Position numbers and translations under genes: made by a program. The notes beneath the pieces were generated by a model, which searched no databases, was not told the origin of the DNA, and was given only the letters and a program-made list of their open reading frames with translations. DNA of 64,000 bases from a virus, in the IMG/VR virus record IMGVR_UViG_3300032224_001411, positions 2,650 through 66,649 of that record. One strand, 5' to 3'. Shown piece by piece: positions 1 through 9,523 of this stretch (position 1 is its first letter; every line of letters begins with the position of its first letter).

Positions 1-523
1 CGTGGATTACTTTTCCATCACCGATATAGATTCCGGTATGTGATGCTACCGAGTAACCCCGGTAGTAGTATGCAACAATATCACCTGGGACTGGATCATT
101 GACAAAATGACCCCGTACAGATTGAGCTGCTGCACTATGAGGAAGACGTACTCCCATTTGTTTGTACGTCCATGCAACAAGACCAGAGCAGTCCCAACCG
201 GCGGGAGTAGATCCGGAGAATGCATACCATGTTCGGCCTACAGTTCTCTCGAGTCTAGTTAGGACTTTCTTCATCTTGCTTGCGTTCTTCTGCTCTAAGC
301 GAGCAATTTTCCTATCATGTTGCTCAGCAGCTATTCTCGCTGCCTCGCTTTCTTGAAGGGCTTGATACTCTTCGGGACTCAATAAGAGATCGATGAGATC
401 TGTTTGCTGACTACTAGAGTCAGCTGCGTATGTTACTTCAGGTTTTACTATAGATAGTGCCGTGCTGCTACATGCTGTAAACAACAATGACATTCCCATA
501 GCCGTAGTTACAAACCTTTTCAT
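1..523 (-). CDS. NlpC/P60 family cell-wall peptidase with N-terminal signal-like segment (3' end outside window)
   Basis: Manual translation MKRFVTTAMGMSLLFTACS...WYAFSGSTPAGWDCSGLVAWTYKQMG..LPHSAAAQ...PGDIV....HTGIYIGDGKVIH; DCSG and H-x-GIYIG motifs; absent from ORF track because it is open at the edge. Confidence 0.9.
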   Translation of the reverse strand, partial: MKRFVTTAMGMSLLFTACSSTALSIVKPEVTYAADSSSQQTDLIDLLLSPEEYQALQESEAARIAAEQHDRKIARLEQKNASKMKKVLTRLERTVGRTWYAFSGSTPAGWDCSGLVAWTYKQMGVRLPHSAAAQSVRGHFVNDPVPGDIVAYYYRGYSVASHTGIYIGDGKVIH

Positions 524-642
524 TTAGCGCCTACCTTTCCTTTGAGAGTAATTTCTCGGCGTTTATTGTCTGGGTCTCCCTTACGGTTTACCGATCTGGC
601 AAAACGTTGTTCCAGTGTACACTACAAGTCTTAGAAATCAAA

Positions 643-665
643 AAGCCAACCGCGTTGGTTGGCTT
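643..665 (-). terminator. Intrinsic terminator
   Basis: AAGCCAACC-N5-GGTTGGCTT stem followed by a T-run on the minus strand, just after the 682 ORF. Confidence 0.7.
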
Positions 666-681
666 AGAGATCCGAGCAATA

Positions 682-906
682 TTAAAAATTTGACAGATGT
701 GCAGCAATTAGGCGTCTAAACGTAGTAAGTTGGGGCTTTTCTACGTAATTTAAGTACTCATAAGACATCTCAAAAGCGTTTTGAAGCCGTACTAGATCAA
801 GAATAGAAAGTGTTTTGAGATCTAGCTTACCGCGCTCATAGTCTGTATAAAAAGAGTCGATAAAGTCAATTGATGATTGAATCAGGGGAGGAATAGATTT
901 ATCCAT
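682..906 (-). CDS. Hypothetical protein
   Basis: ORF MDKSIPPLIQ..., followed by a terminator. Confidence 0.55.
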   Translation of the reverse strand: MDKSIPPLIQSSIDFIDSFYTDYERGKLDLKTLSILDLVRLQNAFEMSYEYLNYVEKPQLTTFRRLIAAHLSNF

Positions 907-1149
907 ATGTATAGTATACACGGTGGTGCGGGGGGTTGGGGGCGAAGCCCCTCCCGAGCGTAGCGAGGGTCTCCGCGCTGCCCGATCGGAGCGAAGCGAC
1001 GCCGGGCCGCGCGGTTGGGTTTGGGTTTGGTTTTGGGTTTACGGTTTTCTACGGTTTTTACGGTTTTTCCACACGCACGATTCCGCTACGCTGCGCGTTC
1101 GTGTAGCGAAGCGAAACGGATCGCGCCGCGTGGCCGGAATCGAAATAGG

Positions 1150-1183
1150 GCGAGCCCGACAACCTTTCGGCTGTCGGGCTCGC
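1150..1183 (-). terminator. Terminator hairpin (first of a series)
   Basis: GCGAGCCCGACAGCC-GAAA-GGTTGTCGGGCTCGC on the minus strand; similar hairpins follow cassette ORFs at 1689-1722, 2365-2393, 3068-3093, 3744-3767, 4469-4491, 4939-4970, 5647-5671, 6311-6343, 7447-7479, 8129-8154, 9493-9516, 10131-10158, 12021-12056. Confidence 0.8.
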
Positions 1184-1195
1184 GGTGGACACAGA

Positions 1196-1501
1196 CTATT
1201 CCTCGTCTGCCTGTTCGGGGTCGTAGTCAACCATTTTGAGAAAGGCAACATTGTCTCGAGAGCATCCGTAACATTCAAACTCAAATGTCACTTCGCCATC
1301 AAAGTAGCACATCCGACCTTTTTGCTGCTCAAGCACTCCGTAGTCGGGACATCCTTCGTGAGCACATTCCTCGTCACGGAACACTTCGTATGAACCGTTC
1401 GGAATTTCCTCGGGTGGCTCGCCAAAGACAGCAACCTGAATTTCTGCCTCTAACGCTGGGTCGGTGTGTTCCTGCGGTCCGAGCAATTCGGGGTCTATCA
1501 T
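1196..1501 (-). CDS. Hypothetical acidic Cys-containing protein (cassette gene)
   Basis: ORF between promoter 1561 and terminator 1150; RBS GAAAGGA. Confidence 0.75.
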   Translation of the reverse strand: MIDPELLGPQEHTDPALEAEIQVAVFGEPPEEIPNGSYEVFRDEECAHEGCPDYGVLEQQKGRMCYFDGEVTFEFECYGCSRDNVAFLKMVDYDPEQADEE

Positions 1502-1727
1502 GTCCGTTCCTTTCGTTGGGTACTGGTGGACATCTCCATTTTCGCATACAGGACATTCGTTGTCAAATGAGTCGGGCGGGCGCTTTGTTTTTCGAAGTGC
1601 GGGGTTTTGCCGTGCTGCCCGTCGGAGCGAAGCGACGCCGGGCCGCGCGGTTGGGTTTTACGGTTTTCTACGGTCTTACACAAATAGGGCGAGCCCGACA
1701 ACCTTTCGGCTGTCGGGCTCGCAGTGG

Positions 1728-2069
1728 TTACTTGCTGAAGAAACGGCGTTTGCTAATCGCCTCTGGTTCGTAGTAGTAATACTCATCTACCAATTGGACA
1801 CACTCTCGGCAAAGAGTGTGGGGCGGTTCGACATTACGGTACTCACACTCTCCGCAAGGGCGTAGGTGTCGCGTTCCGACATTGTAACCGAACAACGCTG
1901 ATGCCAAGATGACGCTTCCAAAGATGGAAATAATATCAAGGGTTTTGTCGTAGGTCGGGTACATTTCCGCGTAGTGTTTCATACTTACTGCGATTGCTAA
2001 TGCGAATATGTATAAGACTGTCGCAAATGCGGCGCGGTATCCTCTTGATTGGTCACTAGTTCCGAACAT
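1728..2069 (-). CDS. Hypothetical membrane protein with C-terminal CxxC...CxxC motif
   Basis: Two hydrophobic segments, then PCGEC...LCREC; RBS AGGAG. Confidence 0.75.
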   Translation of the reverse strand: MFGTSDQSRGYRAAFATVLYIFALAIAVSMKHYAEMYPTYDKTLDIISIFGSVILASALFGYNVGTRHLRPCGECEYRNVEPPHTLCRECVQLVDEYYYYEPEAISKRRFFSK

Positions 2070-2399
2070 TGTTTTCTCCTATTTCTTTAGGTAACCAGAT
2101 TGGATTATTGCCAACAAATACCTTTCGGCGTTTGGTGGTATTGGTGTTTTTGTGGACATTTTCCACTCCTCTCTGTCATCTCTATCCTCTCAAACTCAAG
2201 GTTCTTTGTCAAATGAGTCGGGCGTGTTTTGTTTTTCGAAGTTGGTTTTGAGGGGGCGCAGCCCCTCCCGAGCGTAGCGAGGGCGGCACTGGCCGGTACG
2301 CGCGAAGCGCGATCCGGCAGTGCGGGTTTTGGGGTTTATGGTTTTACGGTTTTAGACGCGCGAAAGCCCGACAACCTTTTGGGTTGTCGGGCTGTCGGG

Positions 2400-2900
2400 C
2401 TATCCCCAGGTGACTGCCACTCCGCGTGACTTGGCATCCTCACAGACGGTACGAAGGTCGGCAAACTTCTGGTCGAAGTATCCCGCGGGGTGTCCACCTT
2501 CGATGATACGCGGACCGAATGACGGGTGCGAGATATCAACGGCGGGGCGTCCATCGTCCTCGGGCATCAAGGCGATTACCGTAAGTACTCGTCCGAGCAT
2601 GTCCTCGGCTGGTAGTGCGCCGACACAGGCATCCGAGAAATCGTTTTCCGTGGTTAGGATGCCGAGCATCTCCAAGAGCTCCGCGGCGTTTCCGTTGGCG
2701 AGTTGGCACTCGGGCGCAGTTCCCTCAACGGCTGCTCCGTAGGGGTCGCAGTATTCATCGCCACATGCGGCAACGAAACGCTGGGAGTGGTGGACTGCCG
2801 AAGTGTAGTCGGGGAAACGCATTGGCGTGGTCTTGCCGCAGATACAGGTGACGGAGTGCTGGCGCGTGTTCCAGTCAGCGGGAGAGAATGTTACAGACAT
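2400..2900 (-). CDS. Hypothetical protein (cassette gene)
   Basis: Start moved to MSVTFSPADW behind RBS GAAAGGA; the ORF-track extension runs through the promoter. Confidence 0.75.
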   Translation of the reverse strand: MSVTFSPADWNTRQHSVTCICGKTTPMRFPDYTSAVHHSQRFVAACGDEYCDPYGAAVEGTAPECQLANGNAAELLEMLGILTTENDFSDACVGALPAEDMLGRVLTVIALMPEDDGRPAVDISHPSFGPRIIEGGHPAGYFDQKFADLRTVCEDAKSRGVAVTWG

Positions 2901-3104
2901 GGTGAGTTCCTTTCGGTTGTTGCGGGTAGATATCTCAATTCTGGCAGACGAAACTATCTCTGTCAAATCGCGGCAGGGCGGGGGTTTGTTTTTCTTGGGT
3001 TGGGTTAGGGGTTCTCCGCGTAGCGGGGGTTTTGTTTTTGGGTTTACGGTTTTACCACGCGCCAAAAAGCCCCAGCGCGTTAGCGCCGGGGCTTTCAGTT
3101 GAGG

Positions 3105-3287
3105 CTACTTGGTGCGTATTGAGTAGTAGCCTTTGGATTTGAGAGCGCGAACATACTCGCGTCCTCGGTGGTTCAAGCGTGGTCGGTCTTTCAAGAGATA
3201 CCGCATATTTATTACCAACAGCGTGGTTGCGATACCCGTCAAGAAACTCACGATAAATCCGAGAATGATTAGCGTGTTATTGTCCAC
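3105..3287 (-). CDS. Small single-TM membrane protein
   Basis: Hydrophobic N-terminus, basic tail; RBS GAAAGGA. Confidence 0.65.
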   Translation of the reverse strand: MDNNTLIILGFIVSFLTGIATTLLVINMRYLLKDRPRLNHRGREYVRALKSKGYYSIRTK

Positions 3288-3344
3288 GATAGTCCTTTCG
3301 TCTTTTGGGTGGGCAGTTTTTGACGTACCCAGGTCTGGGAATGG

Positions 3345-3566
3345 CTAGATAACAACCATTTTGGTATCAAACTTGATACCGCGCTGACGAAGTTCCGTCA
3401 GGACATCGAGTGCTTGGTACTCACTCAGGTAGACAAACTTACCTTTTGTGAGTATCGTGCGCCAGCGTGACGGCGAACCATTGGAGATTGCCTTCAACTG
3501 CTTCGCTTCGATTTCCAGCAACCAAGCGGTGTGCTTGGCATTGGTGAAGTTACGGAGAATTACCAT
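3345..3566 (-). CDS. Hypothetical protein
   Basis: ORF downstream of promoter 3640. Confidence 0.65.
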   Translation of the reverse strand: MVILRNFTNAKHTAWLLEIEAKQLKAISNGSPSRWRTILTKGKFVYLSEYQALDVLTELRQRGIKFDTKMVVI

Positions 3567-3775
3567 ACTTCATTTCCTCTCGATTTTGAGGTTTCCCCTT
3601 TCGGGCTGATACTTCAATAATCTCATATAAAAACAATTATGTCAAGTAAGACAGGCGGGCTGGTTTTTGTTTTTAGTAGTTTGGTTTTCCTCCGCGCAGC
3701 GGGGGGTTTCAAGGTTTTGGTTTTACGGTTTTACCGCACACCAAGCCCGACCCTTTCGGGTCGGGCTGGCGTTGG

Positions 3776-3970
3776 TTAGATAGTAATTGGTTCGTTGTTG
3801 ATTTTTCCAGTAGCGCAAGCAAGGAGATATTCCGTAACCATTTTTCTTGCGTTATCAACGACAATAAAGTTTGCGCCTATTCCCTCACCAAAAATACCTT
3901 CTTCGGTAATTGCTGTTGTGATAAGCGAGTGCGCTAGTTTCAGTATTTCATAATCTGATACTATTTCCAT
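3776..3970 (-). CDS. Hypothetical protein
   Basis: RBS GAGAGGA; followed by terminator 3744-3767. Confidence 0.7.
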   Translation of the reverse strand: MEIVSDYEILKLAHSLITTAITEEGIFGEGIGANFIVVDNARKMVTEYLLACATGKINNEPITI

Positions 3971-4054
3971 TATTTCCTCTCGGTTGGGTTGTTAGTCAGT
4001 TTTGCGACTTGACTAGGTCGGGTTGGTCACTCGGTGACGCTGAAGAAGACTACG

Positions 4055-4162
4055 CTAATCTTGTTCTTCGTCTTGTTTTCCACAAACTACGCACTCTCTC
4101 AGATGAGGCTCTCCACACTCATCGCAGGTTAGCCAGTGATTCCATTCGTGCTTGTGTCCCAT
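4055..4162 (-). CDS. 35-aa Zn-ribbon microprotein
   Basis: MGHKHEWNHWLTCDECGEPHLRECVVCGKQDEEQD; start overlaps the upstream stop (TAATG). Confidence 0.6.
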   Translation of the reverse strand: MGHKHEWNHWLTCDECGEPHLRECVVCGKQDEEQD

Positions 4163-4293
4163 TAGTCTTCCTCTTCGATTAGTTGGACAATGCTTGCGAT
4201 ATCTCCGACCTCTTCGAGTACCACGCTCAATCCTTCAGCGTCAATATCAGGGTCATCAACTCTCATAATGATTTGGAAAAAAGGCACTTCCAT
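4162..4293 (-). CDS. Small acidic protein
   Basis: Start moved downstream of promoter 4351 and its leader hairpin. Confidence 0.6.
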   Translation of the reverse strand: MEVPFFQIIMRVDDPDIDAEGLSVVLEEVGDIASIVQLIEEED

Positions 4294-4504
4294 TCCTTTC
4301 GTTTTATCGGGTTGTTCCGATACCCTAATACTGTCAGATTTCCGCACCTAAGTCAAGTGAGGTGGCGGGGGGTTTTGTTTTTATTTGATTTTTGGGTTTG
4401 GGGTTCCACCGCGCAGCGGGGTTTTGGGTTTTCAAGGTTTTGGGTTTTACGGTTTTACCGCACACCAAACCCCCACCCTTTCGGGTAGGGGCTCGGCGTT
4501 GCGG

Positions 4505-4777
4505 TCACTCGGTAACTCCAACATATCGAGCATAAATGGTAGCGCGACCTCTGCCCAGCCCATTGGCTCGTGATACTGCCTCGAAAGAGCCAGCAGGGGT
4601 AAACCCTTTGACTTGACCTCGTCGGATAAATATAGCCATATTGCCTTGCCCATCGCGCCTAACGATTGCCCACTTCCCTGGGTTTTGTCGGAGTACCTTT
4701 GCGATATCAACATACACTCCTTTTGGATAGGCTCTTGATTTCGCAGGAGGTGGCTCTTCCCATTCGATTTCTTCCAT
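4505..4777 (-). CDS. Hypothetical protein (phage-type small basic domain)
   Basis: IEWEEPP...IAKVLRQNPGKWA...FEAVSR...IYARYVG; has its own promoter and terminator. Confidence 0.75.
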   Translation of the reverse strand: MEEIEWEEPPPAKSRAYPKGVYVDIAKVLRQNPGKWAIVRRDGQGNMAIFIRRGQVKGFTPAGSFEAVSRANGLGRGRATIYARYVGVTE

Positions 4778-4980
4778 GGTGTTCCTTTCTGTTGTTATAA
4801 CACTATTCTGTCAGATATTCGCATATAAGTCAAATGGCGGGCGGGGGTTTGTTTTTCTTTGATTTTTGGGTTTGGGGGTTTCTCCGCGCAGCGGGGTTTT
4901 CAGGGTTTTGGTTTTACGGTTTTCCGCGCAGAAATAGGGACTGCCCCAACCCTTTCGGGTCGGGGCAGTCGGTGAGTGGA

Positions 4981-5331
4981 TTAGGACGGCGAGCCAGCGT
5001 GGAGAATGTTGTCAACCAATTCCGCAACCTGCTCGTCAGTCAGTCCGAGAGTTTCACCCTCATCATCCGCGCCACCCGTGATGATAGCGTTTCCGACGAT
5101 AATGTCGATACCCGAACCGAATGCCGAAGTGAACAATTTAGTTGCGTAATCGTTCACAGGAAGTCCGTCCATCTTGCCTTCCTCGTTCACCCAGAGCGTC
5201 AGACCGCTTGGAAGCGTGACCGCTTCAATCATTCCGCCGACCGCACGAGAGAGCGTCGCGTACGACACAAACTCGTTCGTGTCCTCCTCAACCTGGATTG
5301 TGTTGTTTGTTTTGAGTACCAGAGCCTTCAC
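4981..5331 (-). CDS. DUF3846-like protein
   Basis: VGGMIEAV...LWVNEEGK..GLPVN..AT...DIIVGNAIITG pattern typical of DUF3846. Confidence 0.75.
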   Translation of the reverse strand: MKALVLKTNNTIQVEEDTNEFVSYATLSRAVGGMIEAVTLPSGLTLWVNEEGKMDGLPVNDYATKLFTSAFGSGIDIIVGNAIITGGADDEGETLGLTDEQVAELVDNILHAGSPS

Positions 5332-5676
5332 TTTCGTTCCTTCCATTTTTGTCGGATTGTTCCGATACTCTAATACTGCCATAAGACGGGCATCGAGTCA
5401 AGTGAGAGGGGGCGGGGGGTTTGTTTTTTCTTTGATTTTTTGATTTTCACCGCGTAGCGGTGGGTTTCCGCCGAGCTGAGTATCTCTTCGATGCCGTGCG
5501 AGAAGGATTCTCCGCGAAGCGCACCCGTAGGGGCGTAGCCCCGAAGGGCACCGCATAGGTTCGAGCGAAGCGAGATCCAATGCGGGGGGTTTTCAAGGTT
5601 TTGGGTTTATGGTTTTTACGGTTTTTACGATTTTAGGCGCGAGAAATCCCCTACCCTTTCGGGTAGGGGACTCGGG

Positions 5677-6114
5677 TCACTCGTAGTTGACTACGAGAGG
5701 CATTGCGGTCTGCCACAGCCAGAGATTGCTGTCAAGACGGTCACCGAAAATTCGTACCCAATCGGCTAGGTCAACCCATTCGTCGGTGGCGAATGTTGCG
5801 AGCATATCCTTGTGGATTTCGACCGGTCGGGCTTGGCTCATTCCGCCATTCGCGTAAAGTGGAACGGAAACAATACGGCTATCCGCATCACTCTGCCAAC
5901 CGACTCCCTCTGTTCCGATAATGGCTACTCGGGGATTTCCCCAAGGGTCTTTCTCAGAAAGTTCGGTGAACACCAATGGCTCGACTATACAATCGTCAAG
6001 ACCAGTAAACTGCCCGTAAGTCAGTTCGAGGATTTTGTGAATGTGTTTGGTCAACCGTTCGCTGTCAATCACTCGCGCTCGATAGCCTTTGGTGCGTTTT
6101 TCATACCTGTCCAC
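5677..6114 (-). CDS. Hypothetical protein (cassette gene)
   Basis: GTG start behind RBS CGGAG; has its own promoter and terminator. Confidence 0.7.
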   Translation of the reverse strand: MDRYEKRTKGYRARVIDSERLTKHIHKILELTYGQFTGLDDCIVEPLVFTELSEKDPWGNPRVAIIGTEGVGWQSDADSRIVSVPLYANGGMSQARPVEIHKDMLATFATDEWVDLADWVRIFGDRLDSNLWLWQTAMPLVVNYE

Positions 6115-6348
6115 GATTTCTCCGTTTCGTGTTTTGGTCGGGTTGTTCCGACATCTAAATACTCTCATCTCTAAGGAACATTGTCAAGTGCGGCGGGCGG
6201 GGGGTTTGTTTTTTCGATGTTTGGGTTTTCGCTCCTGCCGACCTGAGCGCAGCGAAGATCGGCCGGGGGCGGGGTTCACGGTTTTGGGTTTTACGGTTTT
6301 CCACAAACGCCAAATACCCAGACCACCTGGGTCTGGGTATTTGGGTTG

Positions 6349-6483
6349 TCACTCTCCGTTTTCGCACCAACCACAGAGATAATCTCCGCCATAAGGATTG
6401 CCGATGAATGTTCCGTGCTTACAATAGAAATCTGGAACGTTCAGGTCATCTTCGTCAAAGAGTGGGTCGCTACTGGTGGTCAC
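6349..6483 (-). CDS. 44-aa Cys/His microprotein
   Basis: MTTSSDPLFDEDDLNVPDFYCKHGTFIGNPYGGDYLCGWCENGE; start overlaps the upstream stop (GTGA). Confidence 0.6.
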   Translation of the reverse strand: MTTSSDPLFDEDDLNVPDFYCKHGTFIGNPYGGDYLCGWCENGE

Positions 6484-6683
6484 TTTACCGTCACCCATTC
6501 CATTGCGGTACGGAGTAAGTGGTCGTAATCACCTGCGGTGCTTTCGGTGAAGTAGGCATCAACTTCCGACTTCTCAACACCTGCTCGTTTGAGTGCTTTC
6601 TGGACTGTGCCAAGAATGGTAAAGGCGTTTCCGTCAAGTCCAGTCAGTTGGACTACGACTTCGGGATATTTGGGTTCAGACAT
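6480..6683 (-). CDS. Small conserved-looking hypothetical protein
   Basis: VQLTGLDGNAFTILG...AGDYDHLL, a pattern recalled from phage/plasmid small proteins. Confidence 0.75.
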   Translation of the reverse strand: MSEPKYPEVVVQLTGLDGNAFTILGTVQKALKRAGVEKSEVDAYFTESTAGDYDHLLRTAMEWVTVK

Positions 6684-6944
6684 TATTTCTCCATTTCTTT
6701 GTCTGTCGGATTGTTCCGATACCTCAATACTCGCATAGTTCACATTTTTTGTCAAGTGAGGGGCGGGAGGATTTGTTTTTCTGGGTTTGCTTTGGGGTTA
6801 GGGGCGCAGCCCCTCACCGCGCAGCGGTCTCCGCGTTGCTCCGGTGCGCGAAGCGCAACCGGGCCACGCGGGTTTTACGGTTTTTACGGTTTTACCCCGT
6901 GGGGAGTCAGTTTTGCGACTTGACTAGGTCGGTAGGGCTTCTAC

Positions 6945-7070
6945 TTAGTTCCAGTAATTGGCTTCGATTTCAGCATAAATTGCCTCTTGTTCCGCTTGGT
7001 ACTGTTCTTCAGTCATTGAACAGTCGCTAGGCGTTTCGTGTCCACAACAAGGAAAGTCTTCACACGCCAT
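6945..7070 (-). CDS. 41-aa Cys-rich acidic microprotein (CEDFPCCGH)
   Basis: MACEDFPCCGHETPSDCSMTEEQYQAEQEAIYAEIEANYWN; coupled by TGATG. Confidence 0.6.
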   Translation of the reverse strand: MACEDFPCCGHETPSDCSMTEEQYQAEQEAIYAEIEANYWN

Positions 7071-7249
7071 CAGTTTTTGTCTTCCACAAAGTATCCGATG
7101 ACGACTTCTTCATCTGTTGATGACATCTTGTTGATAATCCGCAACACTTCCGCGTTTTGCGGTTCATCGGGATTGGCAACAATTTCGTCAATTCGTTCGG
7201 AATTGAACAGACTGTCCAAGTCCTTTGGGTTGTTCCAGTCGAATGACAT
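7070..7249 (-). CDS. 59-aa acidic hypothetical protein
   Basis: MSFDWNNPKDLDSLFNSERIDEIV...; RBS CGGAG; below the ORF-track cutoff. Confidence 0.65.
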   Translation of the reverse strand: MSFDWNNPKDLDSLFNSERIDEIVANPDEPQNAEVLRIINKMSSTDEEVVIGYFVEDKN

Positions 7250-7484
7250 TATTTCTCCGTTTCTGTCTGTGGCTTGGGAGTTCCCTTGCCTATATCCAGT
7301 CTTTCACCTATCCGCACGAATGTCAAGTAGGGGGTGGGCGGGGGTTTATTTTTCGCAGTTGGGGTTAGGGGCGCAGCCCCTCACCGCGCAGCGGTTCACC
7401 CGAGCGTAGCGAGGGGCTTTTTGGTTTTTACGGTTTTGCCTGCGGGCGACTGCCCACAACCTTTCGGCTATGGGCAGTCGGCGG

Positions 7485-7898
7485 TTACTCCTCCCGAGTG
7501 TCGATTACTACAACAAACGGTGCGCCGAGTTCATCGTGCGATGAACGAACGACAGTCAATTCTTTGTCGTCAAGAGTGAAACGAAGTATCCAAGACGAAT
7601 TGATTGAGAGAGTATCAACCAAGTCTTTCGCTGAAACGCTGGCGTATCCTGAAACTTTGTTCCAATTCATTGCCTCGCTAGAAACGATAATTCGGCTATC
7701 ACGGTCGGCGTTGTTACGCGCCAGCCATTCGTCAAGGACAAACTCATCGAAGACTGCGAGTTCTTCTTCGTAACATTCGTGGCAGTAGTCGCTGGGAATG
7801 GGGTCGCCATTCTCGTCAACCATCTCCTCGCCTGTTTCTTCGTCAAACTTCGTACAAACGCAGTCGTTTGTCAGAGTGAATGTCTGTTTCTCGGTCAC
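7485..7898 (-). CDS. Hypothetical acidic protein
   Basis: GTG start behind AAGGAG; has its own promoter and terminator. Confidence 0.7.
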   Translation of the reverse strand: MTEKQTFTLTNDCVCTKFDEETGEEMVDENGDPIPSDYCHECYEEELAVFDEFVLDEWLARNNADRDSRIIVSSEAMNWNKVSGYASVSAKDLVDTLSINSSWILRFTLDDKELTVVRSSHDELGAPFVVVIDTREE

Positions 7899-8165
7899 GG
7901 TATTCTCCTTTGTGAGATTGTTGATTTGCCTCACATACTAACTCTATAATAAACGGAACATTTAGTCAAGTCAGGGTCGGGGCGGGGTTTGTTTTTTCTT
8001 TGAGGGTTTTAGGGGGCGTAGCCCCCGTCACCCGAAGGGTCTCCGTGCTGTCCGACGCGCGTAGCGCGATCGGCCGCACGGCAGTTTTGATTTTGGTTTT
8101 ATGGTTTTTATGGTTTTAGACGCGCCAACGCGCCTACCCTTTTGGATAGGCGCGAGGCGAGAGGA

Positions 8166-8480
8166 CTACGCGGTGCGAATGTAGTCGTAGGGCGTTACGC
8201 GGAGAGTTTCGGCGTAAGCGACAGGAAACTTCTCTTGTAACATTTTACCGTCAAACGAGGAGTTTTTGCTGGACACGAGAGAGAAAGCCTTTGTACCGTT
8301 CACAGTCGCAACGGTGGCAGTTCCGAGTGCTTCTCGCAGAATTGCTTCTGCGGTAGCCTTGCGCTCTTTTGCCGACTTTTCATCTGCTTTCGCCTGAATG
8401 AAGTCTGCGAGTGCCTGACGGACTTTCTTGTTTTGAGGTTTGATTTCGACAACCTCGGTGGTTTCGGCGTTGTTAGCCAT
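8166..8480 (-). CDS. Hypothetical coiled-coil protein, paralog of 13965-14303
   Basis: Shares REALG.AT..T.NG...FPVAY..T.RVT.YD.I with the 13965 ORF. Confidence 0.8.
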   Translation of the reverse strand: MANNAETTEVVEIKPQNKKVRQALADFIQAKADEKSAKERKATAEAILREALGTATVATVNGTKAFSLVSSKNSSFDGKMLQEKFPVAYAETLRVTPYDYIRTA

Positions 8481-8832
8481 TTCTTTCTCCTTTTGTGGAT
8501 TGTTGATTTGCCCACATAAGAAACATTACGCGGTATCCGCACGAATGTCAAACGGCGAGTGGGGCGCGTTTTGTTTTTTCTTTGATTTTCTAAATAAGAA
8601 ATCCCCTCTCTAACCACCAGTTTCATAAAGTATGGAACTAATATACTTTTGACCAGAAACTTCACCAGCATCTTTCCAGACACTTTGAGTTAGAGAGGGG
8701 ATTTAGGTGGTTTAGCCACGCTTGCGCTACCATATGTGGTCGTAAATTGGTTAGTCCTTAGTAGAGAATAACCTTTACTCGTGTACGCTCTTTGTCGGCG
8801 TACTGACCCATAGGCATACTACTAATATCCTA

Positions 8833-8906
8833 TGGTGGTGTGGGCTATGAGGTTTCGAACCTCGGACTATCACGGTAGTCCACGCCTAGTCTTTCGACCT
8901 AGCCCC
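8833..8906 (-). ncRNA. tRNA-like RNA (non-canonical)
   Basis: GGGCTA/TAGCCC acceptor-like stem, GTC-GAAA-GAC arm, GGACTA-CCGTGA-TAGTCC arm, GAGG-TTCGAAA-CCTC T-arm, 3' ACACCACCA. Confidence 0.55.
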
Positions 8907-8917
8907 TTTCCTGCTAT

Positions 8918-9220
8918 TTAGTTTTGTTCGGCAACCAGACTATTACAATAATCGCAGAAGTGACCCTTGCTCTCAACTTCCTCATCATCGCAGTTGGCGC
9001 ACATTGGAATGTCCTCGAAGTATTCAGGAACAAAGAAGTCCTTTGCGCCATTGGGGTACGCCTCGGCGCAGTCACCGCATAACCAGAAGTAGGTCAGTTC
9101 CTCAACCTTTTTGGTGTCGGTCACTCCGTATGTTGGGTTTGTTCCGATAAGACCTATTGGGTCACCATCGAACCAAGCGGAACAACCATCGCAGTTGATA
9201 TCACTCCAAGATAATGCCAT
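8918..9220 (-). CDS. Cys-rich (four CxxC) hypothetical protein
   Basis: Start moved to MALSWSDINCDGC behind AAGGAG. Confidence 0.7.
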   Translation of the reverse strand: MALSWSDINCDGCSAWFDGDPIGLIGTNPTYGVTDTKKVEELTYFWLCGDCAEAYPNGAKDFFVPEYFEDIPMCANCDDEEVESKGHFCDYCNSLVAEQN

Positions 9221-9523
9221 TTCCGTTCTCCTTTTTTGTTGGGTGAGTAGTTGTTTCCACAGACGCACATACTCAGGTGCGAGAAGTCTTTTAGCGAATG
9301 GAGAAAACGCACCTATCCGACTTCCTAGATAGGATTAGGGCGGTAACTGATGACAACGGTTACATATGTAAATCTATCAGATAGTGAGCCGACTTGTCAA
9401 ATCAGGGGGTCGGGGGCTTTTGTTTTTCGATGTGGGTTTTCTCCGCGCAAAGCGCGGTCACGGTTTTGATTTTTACGGTTTTACACGGCAAAGCCCCACT
9501 CCCGAAAGAGTGGGGCGCAACGG

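Noticed and set aside
524-630. c-di-AMP (ydaO) riboswitch upstream of the NlpC/P60 gene
   Set aside because: The context would fit, but the leader is only ~90 nt and lacks the recognisable ydaO core motifs.
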